Assembly (NCBI GenBank): GCA_950097015.1
Contig: CATNEN010000013.1
Coordinates: forward strand, 248,001 to 312,000
Direction of reading: 5' to 3'
From: Macrostomum hystrix
Taxonomy: Eukaryota; Animalia; Platyhelminthes
Length of the DNA: 64,000 bases
The translations under genes were made by a program, and so were the position numbers. The first letter of the stretch is position 1; each line of letters opens with the position of its first letter. This document shows positions 50,801 through 63,249 of the stretch, piece after piece. Under the pieces are notes generated by a model, which saw only the letters and a program-made list of their open reading frames with translations, was not told the DNA's origin and made no database searches.

Positions 50801-53800
50801 GACTGAGTGAACTGTACGAGTTCTTGTAGTAGATTGTACTTTTTACTGTAGAATAACACGATTCACGACCGTTCTTCGGAACATTTATCTAGGTATTAAA
50901 CTCAATTGTTTATCAATTAAACTACCACCTTTTAAATTTATTTTTTCGATATGGCCAAAGGAGTAAATGAATTAAAAATTCTTTCATTTTTTTTGAAAAA
51001 TAACTTTTTTAAATGTGCAATGTGCACATTTCGTAGCCTTTTCCATGACTTTATCTGCAGTGCCAGATAATAAAATACATTAACCACGTTCAACAAGTGG
51101 ATCATTTGTCTTGTACAAATATATATATGAGCACAAAGAGAGGCTTAGTTAAGGTTCAGCAAGCAAAGTTTGGCAAGCAAAATTCCGCAAGCAAACTTCC
51201 TGCAAGCAAACTTCGGCAAGCAAAATTCCACAAGCAAACTTCGGCAAGCAAACTTACTGCAAGCAAACTTCGGCAAGCAAATTTCATAGACCCGGACAGA
51301 CAGAGAGAAGGACAGACAGAGAGAAGGACAGACAGAGAAAAGGACAGACAGAGAAAAGGACAGACAGAGAAAAGGACAGACAGAGAGAAGGACAGACAGA
51401 GAGAAGGACAGACAGAGAGAAGGACAGACAGAGAGAAGGACAGACAGAGAGAAGGACAGACAGAGAAAAGGACAGACAGAGAAAAGGACAGACAGAGAGA
51501 AGGACAGACAGAGAGAAGGACAGACAGAGAGAAGGACAGACAGAGAGAAGGACAGACAGCGAAAAGGACAGACAGAGAAAAGGACAGACAGAGAGAAGGA
51601 CAGACAGAGAGAAGGACAGACAGAGAGAAGGACAGACAGAGAGAAGGACAGACAGAGAGAAGGACAGACAGAGAAAAGGACAGACAGAGAAAAAGACAAA
51701 CAGAGAGAAGGACAGACAGAGAGAAGGACAGACAGAGAGAAGGACAGACAGAGAGAAGGACAGACAGAGAGAAGGACAGACACAGAGAAGGACAGACAGA
51801 GAGAAGGACAGACAGAGAGAAGGACAGACAGAGAGAAGGACAGACACAGAGAAGGACAGACAGAGAGAAGGACAGACAGAGAGAAGGACAGACACAGAGA
51901 AGGACAGACAGAGAGAAGGACAGACAGAGAAAAGGACAGACAGAGAGAAGGACAGACAGAGAAAAGGACAGACAGAGAAAAGGACAGACAGAGAGAAGGA
52001 CAGACAGAGAGAAGGACAGACAGAGATTGACAGATTGGGAGAAGGACAGATTGGGAGAAGGACAGATTGGGAGAAGGACAGATTGGGAGAAGGACAGATT
52101 GGGAGAAGGACAGATTGGGAGAAGGACAGATTGGGAGAAGGTCAGATGGGGAGAAGGACAGTAGAAGGACAGATGAGAGAACAAGAGGCAGGGAAAAATG
52201 AAAGTGATTGTATTTCTTATAACAAGGCGAGTTAGGCAATTATTTTAAAAGTTTTTTATATAACTGGGCGCTCGTAGTTTGGGCGACCGGCCCAGCTGGG
52301 TTTCACTCACTCTAGTCCAGGCTTTATGGGCTAGAGGGCAGCGTATTAAGTTACAAGAAGCGATGCGATCTTCCTCTGGAAATGGATCGGTTGTCAAGTC
52401 TTGGGTGCCGCTTTAAATTAAACGAGCACATCTCTCTTCCTCCATCTATCTGTCTCTTTTTTGTGCTATATTTATTTCCCGATCTATGAGTATGTTCTCC
52501 TCACCTCTTCTTTCCCTATCTCATTTTTTCTCTCTCTCCTCCCCCCGATTCTCATTCTAAAATTTCTGTCTCTTCTCACTCGGCCCTCTCAACCTGAATT
52601 CGATCTCAAGTCCGTCCGCTCTTCATGCCTTCAGGCCGGGACACTTCAGTCTGTAGCCAAGTCGGCCTGTGTGAATTGTGGAGAGTTTGAACTGCAACTC
52701 CCCTCCTCCTCCTCCTCCTCCTCCTGCCTCTCCCCGATGCCCAGCTGCGTTGGGAACAAATCCCCGGGGCAGCCAGCGAGACTGTTGGAGAACGAGTAAA
52801 AAGGGGAGTAAAATAAAGCGAGGAATAGTGGTGTGTGCGGGTGTGGGTGCAATAGCAACTGGATGGTGCTTTAGGGGTACTTTCTGTTTAAGCCTCATAA
52901 AATCTCCTTTGCCACCAACTCTCTCAACCCCCGTTTCCCCCATCGCAACTCAACTACCAAGCAAGGCCACAAACCCACCCCCGCCAGCACACTCGGATGG
53001 CGCAGAGGAGGTGCTGGAAGGAACTCCCCGGCTCCGAACTCTCGCGTCTCGATTCCTAAGCCCGCAGTCTGAGCTCCCTGAGCCTCTCCCTGTCTCTCTT
53101 GCACTCGCTTTTCTCTTATTTCGCTCGCCTTGGACCGGACCACACGCGAGAGGCATCGGAGTCGCCGGCAGACAGGGGGGAACTCTATGGGGAACTGCTG
53201 CTGCTGCTGCTGCCGCCGCTTCTGGCTGCTACTCTCCCACACCGGAACCAAATCCCATTCTGCCGCCAGGGAGGGGTTTCATCGGTTGAGGCGGGGGCCG
53301 GTGGGACCGGATTTCTCTCTCTCTCTTTCTCTCTGGTTTTTTATTTCTAGCGGGCCGCTTACCTCGCCCACCCGATCGAAAACCGGCTATAGCTACGGCC
53401 AGCTGCTGTGCTATTAGTGCACGGCCTGACCCCGCGCCACATGCCAGTCAGTCATGCGTCGAAGTTGCCAATTCTCATTACCGCATCGCACCAACTCCCT
53501 TGCCAATGGGCGCGCAGATTTTTTATAGCGAGATTTTGGGGCCTATGAAAATTTCTGTCGAGCTTGTAATAATATAATAATAATAATAATTTCAGGAGGG
53601 CTGCGGGCAATGGCACATCATTTAGTGACACTAGACCCGCAGCCAGCAAGGAGGCAATTCTGCCCATTCCGCTGACTCCTGAGCACACACGCACACAAAC
53701 ACTGTACGCAGGCAAACGCTCACACAGGTGTGTACATCGGTCTGCCCTGACTTTCTCATCGTCAGGCAGTGTACACTCTCACTGTGCCTTGGAGGTTGGC

Positions 53801-56800
53801 CCTCAAGGGCATAGATTGCAAGACAAGCCCCCAAGCCTTCTCTCCGCGGCTGCGCCCCAAATAAATGTGGCCTCGCCGTGGAATCGAACTTAGGGACCTT
53901 GTTGCGAGAGGCAAACTCGTTAGACCGCTCTGCCACCGACCCCCCTTTCGAGCTTGTAGCTTTGGGGCTAGAGCTTCGGACATTCTCAATGAGAGGTCGG
54001 GAGTTCGAATCTCAACCGATGGGAGACAATTATTGTGTGCTTATTGGGTAAGTACTGACTGAACAGCTGTACACAGCTATTGGAAGCGCCGTGGAAATTT
54101 GGCTATATAAGGTATAGATTAGATATACAGTTTTAGCAGCCCAACGCCAATGCCTATTATTACTTATGGCGGGCGGATTCTTCCGTTTCAGTTTTTGTCT
54201 GGCATCGGTCAATAACAGAGATTGAACTGTGGAGGTGGGTGGTGGCGCAGCTTTGGCATGGATTGCACTGGGTTGGGCTGGGGTTGGTGATAAAGAGATG
54301 GAGCATGAGCGGACTCAGCTTGGGGATGGACCGCGGCGTCGGCGGCAGTCGGACGGCCGGCAGATATTATTTGGCTCTCTCTGGTGGCCCGCTATTGATT
54401 GATGCACACGCCGGGGGTCCGGCCCGCCCTCTCTCTCACTCACTGGCGGATTGCCAACTCGCTTGTTCATTCGGCCTTCGTTAGTAGAATGAGTTTGTGT
54501 GTGCGGGCGTGTGTGTAAGTGTAGGGATATAGAAACACAGAGAAATGGATGGAAGACTTTGGTATATATGAGGGTAGAGATGGGCCGGCTGCTGCAGCGC
54601 TACTGACTATCCTGCGAAGTGGTGGATTGGGAGGTTTGGGAACAGTTTATTTGGCTCCGGAGCAATTCAATTCTGGCCTGTCTCTCTCTCTCTCTTCGGA
54701 AACATGCTTTAAACTGTTGAGTCAGGGAGGCTTATTGTGTTAAAGCCTCCGGCATGGCCATCCATTTGCTTCTCTGCCCTCTCTCTCTTCCTCCGTACTT
54801 TAATATTGATTTCTTTTGCATAAAATATAGCTTTTTGCAGCCTAGTTAATCCTGCAAGCATTCAATTTAATCATAAGTAGGCGGAGCAGTGCTGCAGCAG
54901 TTTCTCTGGCAGCATGTCTATGGCTCGGACTGTGGCAAACCTGCATTCAATTTAATCCTGCAAGAGCGCATTTAATCATTTTTACTACACATCGTGCACT
55001 TTTTATCAGTGCAATCTGTGACATGAGTAATGAGCATCTCCAGAGCTTCGTTTGAAGCAGGGAATGAAGAAGGGCCCCCTCCCACCCCCCCCCGCGGCGG
55101 AGGGTAGAGTACGTCGCGGAAAGTATGACAAAATAACTGATGAGAAGTATGACATGATCTTAAACGCTTTGGATCGTGGAGAAACTGCGGCTGCCATCGC
55201 GCAGTGGCTCCAGGTGAAGCTGCACACCGTATACTCGATACGAAGACGTTACGAAGTCGCAGCTCACCGAAATCGAGGTGCTCAAGGGGGCGCTCGAACA
55301 GTAAAGATTACCGATGAGCTTCAGGCCGAAGATCCTCAGTTGCATGTCAGCGAGTGAACAGCAGAGCACTAGACAAGCAGCTCTTTACGCTAAAATGCCT
55401 CAGTCGTGACGCCGACATTCCAGCAGCGAGAAACTCTGACGAGAACATTGCGCGCCGCCAGGTCTTCGCTCAGTGGCTGATCGAGCTAGAACCAGAATGT
55501 CATCTCATATACATTGATGAGACAGGCTTCAATATATGGACACGTCGGTCGCAGGGTCGCAGCATCAGAGGGCAGAGAGTTCGGCGTAAAGTACATACAC
55601 AACGTGGTGTGCAGGTGAATGTGATACAAGATGCGCGCTTGCAGGATTAAATTGAATGCAGGTTTGTCATAGTCCGAGCCATAGACATGCTGCCAGAGCA
55701 ACTGCTGCGCCACTTATGATTAAATTGAATGCTTGCAGGATTAACTAGGCTGCAAAAAGCTATATTAGTCTTGGGGAATTAATTTTTTTATAGCCGAATG
55801 CCTCGCATTGGACTGGTCGCGTTGCTAGGCATATTTTATTGCATTCAAATGTTTCGCAAAACCTATAATTATTCTTCGAAAGCCCAGTTGGCCACTTTAA
55901 TTATTTGTCAATCAACAAATGCTTCTGCCAGCAATTTTCTTATGTGGGCAGCTTCCAGAGAAATTGATGTTTTCAAACAAAAAAATCTCCTATCCTTGTC
56001 GCCATATTCTATTTCAGTATTCAACAATATCGCGCAAGTTCATTGAGGTGATGAGCGATTATAACAAAGCCCAAATTGACTATCGAGACGCCTGCAAAGG
56101 CCGGATTAAGAGACAGATGGAGATTGGTAAATACTTGCTGATGCGGTTGCAGCACTGCATGCCGTGCCTCTATTAGCCATAGACTATTATTGCGTCACAC
56201 ATTTTCCTTTACTTTTGCGTGCGTGTGGAGCGTTTGAGTTTTATTATTATCCATTTATTCAATTTGTTTTATTAACTAAAGCAATCCTAAATATGTTTTT
56301 ATAATGCTATTTAATATCACTTTATTTGCCTTATCAGTTTTCGGCAGTTTAATTCCAATTCTTATCGTTTCTTTTGACACACCATGAAGTTTCACAGTCG
56401 GAGCATAGCTACTCAAAGATAAGATTTTCTTGCCGAGTGATCCCGTACTTCTGGAGTCCAGTACTTCTTAGGCGTGGCTGCATATTTTAGCAATTGCCAC
56501 CTATACCTTTCATTCCAACCCCACCTCTCATCCGCTTCACCTCAAGCACCCGTCTCCCTGTCCGCAGACTCCTCAACCCTTACTCTCTCCCCCTTGATGG
56601 TCGTTGGCGTGAACATTTTCATCCCTCGCATCTTTCACCTCTTCTCTTCAAGCATTTGGGAATAGTTGTGAAATTTTTTAAGCGAAAAAAAGTTTTACTA
56701 CAACAGCTGGTACAGGCGGGAGAAAGTGTGCAATTCAACTGAGTAATGAAGAGGCGAGAAAGGATGGACGACAGAGAAAGTAAAAGTGCAAACTGCGGAC

Positions 56801-59800
56801 AACTCCTAGGCTCTACTTTGCAATTCACTATTATTCTTTCTTAGCTCATCGCACAGGATTTAGCTATTTTTGGCGAGATGCCAGACCCCAACTCACCCCC
56901 CCGCTGCAGCCGCAGAATTTAGATTTGTTGGTTGGCATAGCAACACGCGATGTAAACAGTTAACTCCCTGTTAAGTATTCACAATGAAACTGCGTTTTAT
57001 GGGTTGGTTTCAAGACTGTGTTGGAATTGATTGTAATTAGCAAGCCTGATTTGATGAGCGAGTTGAACTGCCATTGATTCATTCACTAAATGGACTACAT
57101 GTAGCTGAATCGCCACTTGGGATAATTCGTTTCTTGTTTCTTGTGTAGTTAATTGCTAGGCATTGATATATATATATATATATATAGTGCACTTAAATTT
57201 CAGTGCAACCTGTTAAGTTGGGTTTTTTATTTTTAACTGAATTATCTGCCAGTTTTAGTTAATTTCTCCATTTATTTCGATAACTTTCAGTAGCGTTTCT
57301 ATATGTTACTTGTTTAATACTTACTGATTTCATGGGGCTGCTAGTCAAGCATTTTTATCTAAGAACTTTCTAATTCTAATTAAAAAAATGATCATTCTCT
57401 AGCTCTTCCTATAAACTGCTCATTCTCTAGCTCATCCTATAAACTGCTCATTCTCTAGCTCATCCTATAAACTGCTCATTCTCTAGCTCATCCTATAAAC
57501 TGCTCATTCTCTAGCTCATCCTATAAACTGCTCATTCTCTAGCTCATCCTATAACTGCTTATTACTAGCTCGTCAAATAAACTGCTCATTCTCTAGCTCC
57601 TCCTATAACTGCTCATTACTAGCTCGTCAAATAAACTGATCATTACTAGCCCGTCAAATAAACTGCTCATTCTCTAGCTCATCCTATAAACTGCTCATTC
57701 TCTAGCTCCTCCTATAACTGCTCATTCTCTAGCTCATCCTACAAACTGCTCATTCTCTAGCTCATCCTCTAAACTGCTCATTCTCTAGCTTATCCTATAA
57801 ACTGCTCATTCTCTAGCTTATCCTATAAACTGCTCATTCTCTTGCTCATCCTATAACTGCTCATTCTCTTGTTCATCCTATAAACTGCTCATTCTCTTGC
57901 TCATCCTATAAACTGCTCATTCTCTTGTTCATCCTATAAACTGCTCATTCTCTTGTTCATCCTATAAACTGCTCATTCTCTTGTTCATCCTATAAACTGC
58001 TCATTCTCTTGCTCATCCTATAAACTGCTCGTCCTCTTATCCTATAAACTGCTCATTCTCTTGCTCATCCTATAAACTGCTCGTCCTCTTATCCTATAAA
58101 CTGCTCGTCCTCTTATCCTATAAACTGCTCGTCCTCTTATCCTATAAACTGCTCATTCTCTTGCTCATCCTATAAACTGCTCGTCCTCTTATCCTATAAA
58201 CTGCTCGTCCTCTCATCCTATAAACTGCTCGTCCTCTTATCCTATAAACTGCTCGTCCTCTTATCCTATAAACTGCTCGTCCTCTTATCCTATAAACTGC
58301 TCGTCCTCTCATCCTATAAACTGCTCGTCCTCTTATCCTATAAACTGCTCGTCCTCTCATCCTATAAACTGCTCGTCCTCTTATCCTATAAACTGCTCGT
58401 CCTCTTATCCTATAAAATGCTCGTCCTCTTATCCTATAAAATGATCATCCTCTATACCGTATAGTTCCGGTGAATTTTTTAATATTATATAGGTTGCTTT
58501 ACATCTTATACGAGCTAAATTATTATAAAATACTTTATGTCTCACCGTCTTATCATTTATGTGACTTGCTTAATAGTAGAGCTACATTTTCTGTTGAAAA
58601 AAAAAGTGTTAATCAGCTCGATACACAAGTAATATTGATATTCGTTTTTCATTTTTTCCACAAGATTTTATTGCGGTTTTCAGTACAATCTGTTCATCCG
58701 TAGTCTGCAGGTAATAACAAAAATCTACAGGTTCCCTCACAGAGTGTTGCATATTTCAATGACCATTAAAAATTTAACGTTTAATATTCCGTTTATAAAG
58801 TGTCAAATCTTTGTCATGATTTTGTATATACCTATGACTGGTGTCTTTGTCCCTACTGCCGAAATTCGTTCTTTTGTTGTTTCATTGTTTTCAAATTTAG
58901 TAAGGGATATTAATTTCAAATGATATTAATAAGGGATAACAGTTTGAATATCAAGATTTCATATGATAATTTATAATTACTGCAACTTCCCATGTTGTGG
59001 AGTTATCCCATTGGGTTTGGTCATAGTTTCGCTGTGAGGCAACCGCGAGGAAAGGCGATCATTAATTATTCATGGTTAATCACTGCTGGCTCCCAATGAC
59101 TTCCCCACTGCTGTCTGTCTGTGTCCACCCGGTGTGGCCTGGTTTACTCATTTTATTGCCGCAGCCGAATCTGCCGCATCTGTCTGACATTCCCAACGGG
59201 ACTTGTCATAGGCGAGAACCCCACGAGAAATAAGCAGAGTCTGCTCTTCATCATGCCACTGGTCCAGTCTCTCTTTAGATCGAAATTTGGGATTTATAGA
59301 TAAGTGCACCATATTATTTAAGCGTGTTGGACGCATGTAAGTAGCGAATAGAATCTAATTATTGACGGATTTATAAGAATATTTTGCATATGATGATGGC
59401 GCATTTTCGGTGTGAACGTGTTTGATGCAATAATGCAAATGAGTCTGATTAACTGCGGGTGTGTGTGTGTGTGTGAACACAATATTACAACGAAAGCATC
59501 AAAATTGGCAGTGTTGGCACGCGCACATTTTGTTTGTACTTTTATCCTCCCCCAGTTGACAGATCCTGTCGTTTTGTCCGTACTTCACACCATACGAACT
59601 GTTGCAGAATCTGTATCCTTAGCCCTGGCTTACTGGCTTACTGGCTGAAAATTTGTCATTGTAATAGTGCATTGTGACCAGCGTACCGATGCTTTTGTAC
59701 TTTTAACTCCCTGTGCGCTGTTGTTTTTTTGCGTAATTTGAACGGCCAAGAAATCATCCACCTGCTGTGCAGCTTTGCTATAAAAATTGTTTTCTAAACA

Positions 59801-61549
59801 TCATTTTAATCGGCTGTCACAACTTTCTCTCCATAATTGCTTAGCCGGCAAAGACATCACCGACGAGAAACTGGAGGACATGATCGAGTCCGGCAATCCA
59901 GCCATCTTCACCCAGGGCGTGAGTGTTAATCCGGGCATTGCTAACCCGATTCGGTTACTGTTGGCTTTAACAGTTGTAAACGCATTTTTCGCTACATATC
60001 GGCCACCCCCACAGATCATGACAGACACGCATCAGGCCAAGCAGACTCTGGCGGACATCGAGGCCAGGCACGAAGACATCATGAAGCTGGAGAAGAGCAT
60101 CAAGGAACTGCACGACATGTTCCTAGACATGGCCATGCTGGTTGAGAGCCAGGTAGGCTGATATGCAGCTCGCTTATTGCCATAATCCGGCTTATTTGGC
60201 AAGGATGTAGCAGCTTCTTTTTGCCAGCAGACGAATTGATTTTCTCTCCTGTTCGGATCGATTTCAGCACTTATATTTTCTAGACCTCCCTACCTCTCCG
60301 AGTCTGTCCCTCCCCGTTGTCCGCTCTCAGCCTATTGGGTGCCGATTGATTGAAGAAAAGTGGAGTGGGGCGTGGGGGCAGGGCAGAGTGCGCGCCGAAT
60401 TGAATTGAAGAAGTGGATTGCTGTGAGTCGCTTCTCGGCGAAGGTTAATATAAAAAATTCCCCGGACCCAGGCGGGGCTTAATTTGCTAGTGAGGAAACT
60501 GGGTCGATTTTTTTACATTCTGATCATATAAACTTTCGTCTACTATTAGTAGGGTCCTTGTAGTTTACGCTTTCATCTTGGCTCGATTGAGGAAAAACTG
60601 TTGGGGAGAGAGCGGGATGGGGCAGAATGGAGAGTTGGCATGAGTGGGCAGAGACCGCAGCATTGGCTGGCTCCGCATTCACTCCATTGCTTCTACCTTT
60701 CGCCGTCCAGGGCGAGATGATCGACCGCATCGAGTTCAACGTGCAGCAGGCGGTGGACTACATTGAGACTGCCAAGCAGGACACCAAGAAGGCCGTCAAG
60801 TACCAGAGCAAGGCTAGGAAGGTGAGCTGCGATCATTGGGATGGGCGGTTGCTAGGGGGTCGGTGGCAGAACGGTTAACGAGTTTGCCTCTCGCGCCAAG
60901 GTCCCTAAGTTCGATTCCACGGCGAGGCCACATTTATTTGGGGCGCAGCCGCGGAGAGAAGGCTTGGGGGCTTGTCGTGCAATTTACGCCCTTGAGGGCC
61001 AACCTCCAAGGCACAGTGAGAGTGTACACTGCCTGACGATGAGAAAGTCAGGGCAGACCGATGTACACACCTGTGTGAGCGTTTGCCTGCGTACAGTGTT
61101 TGTGTGCGTGTGTGCTCAGGAGTCAGCGAAATGGGCAGAATTGCCTCCTCGCTGGCTGCGGGTCTAGTGTCACCAAATGATGTGCCACTGCCCGTAGCCC
61201 TCCTGCAATTATTATTATTATCATTATTATGGGCTGTTGCTATGGGCGGTTGCTGTGGAGACTGGATCTAAATATACTTTAAGGCCGTCAAGTAGGCGTT
61301 GGAGGGTTTTGAGGCGTTGAGCAGGTACTCATAGAGAAGGATTGAAATATGTACAAAGGGCATGCAGGTTTGTTACGTCACTGGAGAACCGAATGCAAGA
61401 ACTCTGTCTTATTTTAACTTGTGCTAGCAAAATTGTCAACCGGAAAATTGCATTAAAAACCATTTCAGAAAAAGATCATCATGATCATCTGCGTGATTGT
61501 TCTACTGGCCATTGTGGCTTCTGTCATTGGCGGTGTGGTGCCCAAGTAG
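47824..61549 (+). CDS. STX1: Syntaxin-1 (Qa-SNARE); exons 47824-47877, 49158-49356, 49448-49522, 49600-49673, 56018-56126, 59845-59918, 60015-60152, 60711-60821, 61469-61549
   Basis: MTKDRL N-peptide, [88 protein letters not shown] and a C-terminal TM. All introns are GT-AG with consistent phases. The exon 1 donor is less certain. Confidence 0.95.
49775..50305. repeat. 14-16-bp GGACAGA[CT]AG satellite in syntaxin intron 4
   Basis: Read directly. Confidence 0.93.
51160..52170. repeat. Short AGCAAACTT degenerate array followed by a 16-bp GGACAGACAGAGAGAA satellite in syntaxin intron 4
   Basis: Read directly. Confidence 0.94.
53569..53945 (-). mobile_element. tRNA-derived SINE with (TTA)n tail, copy 1
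   Basis: Minus strand has GGTGGCAGAGCGG A box and AGTTCGATTCC B box. TSD TCGAGCTTGTA at 53558-68 and 53948-58. Near-identical to 60855-61230. Confidence 0.88.
53959..54110 (+). mobile_element. Older tRNA-derived SINE whose head is interrupted by SINE copy 1
   Basis: GAGAGGTCGGGAGTTCGAATC B-box region. GACTGAACAGCTGTAC.CAGC is shared with the 12599 SINE. Confidence 0.55.
54826..55764 (+). mobile_element. IS630/Tc1-mariner-type DNA transposon, internally deleted
   Basis: Perfect ~53-bp outer inverted repeat extending imperfectly to ~140 bp, with an internal direct repeat GCATTCAATTTAATC. TA flanks. HTH segment (55052-55350) and [20 protein letters not shown] (first catalytic D); the rest of the DDE domain is missing. 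Confidence 0.88.
57395..58452. repeat. 28-bp array (AAACTGCTCATTCTCTAGCTCATCCTAT) grading into a 24-bp variant, syntaxin intron 5
   Basis: Read directly. Confidence 0.95.
60855..61230 (+). mobile_element. tRNA-derived SINE with (TTA)n tail, copy 2
   Basis: A and B boxes. TSD ATGGGC[G/T]GTTGCTA at 60841-54 and 61229-42. About 14 differences from copy 1 by manual comparison. Confidence 0.88.
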
Positions 61550-63249
61550 GCTGGCAAGCTAAAACTGCGGCGAAATCTTATTCATTGCTTGCTTACATTT
61601 TTGTTTAAATCGAGACAAGATTTGATGCGGAATGATAGAAGAGCTCAGAGTCTCACTGGCGTCACCTCTGTGCACCGACTGAATGACCGAATAGTAGAAT
61701 TTATTATTGACCTTCAACTTTTTATATTTCTTCCTCTTTTAGTAAATTTTGTTTGTATTATAGAAAAACGTTTTTAGTAGAATAATATAGTATTGCGGGA
61801 GGACACGGATGTCTGACAAAAATATCCCTTTATTTGGAAATCAAGGATTTATAAGGGAATGGAATTATCCCTAATTGAAAACCAATGGGATAAAGAAAAC
61901 CATCTTATTTAGGAGATAATCCTCATTTGCTAAAAGAACATCCTCGGATTTTATATTCCACTTTAAACACTCAAATCTCCCATTTTTTTAAAAAGATTCC
62001 ATCTCTGTTCGCGGTGTAAAATCCCTAATGAAAAAGGAAAACTTACTTTTTTATTACTTACCCTTTTAAAAAAGATTACATTATATACCTTTCATATCGG
62101 GAGCACCAGATTATCCCTATTTGAGGATAATTAGCAGCTTGTGAAGTTTCTGTAGCCATTGTACACTGGCTTCTGTTCTGTTCTATCTTCCTCTGTTTCT
62201 CGCTGTTACTTTTACCGCAGCTTTGATGAAATCGCATTTTTACTTTCTGCTTCGGAGACTCGCTCAGAGGCGCACTAAACTAATTATCAGATGCCTGTGA
62301 AGTTTTCATAACTCCTATCAGTTATTTGTCAACAGATTCTGCTAACTGAAGCTGTAGTTATAATGACATAGTCACGAGTCTTAGATCAGTTTTTGTTTTA
62401 ATCTGTAATAGTTTTTGCTAAAGCACTTATATTATTTCCTTCTTTTACAATGAATATTCATTCCTCCCATACCTTACAACGACGAGATTTTGTTTTTTTC
62501 GTTTTGGTTCAGCCCCTCACTAGATATTTTAATTTTTCTTTTCTAAAAAAGCTAATCATTTAGATGCATACTACTTCTAGTATTTACATTGTGTTTTTTT
62601 ACCATTTTTTAACGGCCCTAGAGAGAATTCCTCACATCCTAATTGTTTATTACTTTGTGCTTCTTGTGCTTTTCCAACTGTTCTCGCATAATAATTAATG
62701 TTTTAGCTATTTATATTTAATTATTTCTAACTGCAAAAATTCCCTATTCCCATGCAAACAATATTTTATTCCATCACCCTTAAACTTTGACCCAACAGTC
62801 TGTGTGCAATTTGAATTGGCGCGAATATTTTAAGAGCTGTATTGTACACAAGCACAAACGCACTGGTACACCTTTTTATGGTAAGCTTTGCCTACCCTCA
62901 TAGTCCTCTTTACTAGCTGTCCATGTAAAATTTGTTTGTCTCATGGCAGTTCAATTGCATAATCTTTTTATTTAACAAAAAAGTTGCTGCGTAGTTTTTT
63001 TACAAAAAATTCTAAAACTTTTTCTTTTATTTCTAAGCCAGTTTGTTTGTTTGTTACGCGGGCGTTGTTAGATCCAGATTAGTCTAAATCGGGAGCAATC
63101 AATTTAAAACGAGTTGGGTGTAAATACCTGCTTTGCTTTTAAGTTAAACATATTATTAATTTATTTAATCTACTTTTTAATATAATTTACTCTTGGGCAA
63201 ATTCATAGATTTCCAAGTCATTCTGGCGATTTATAGTCTTTTTTAGATT

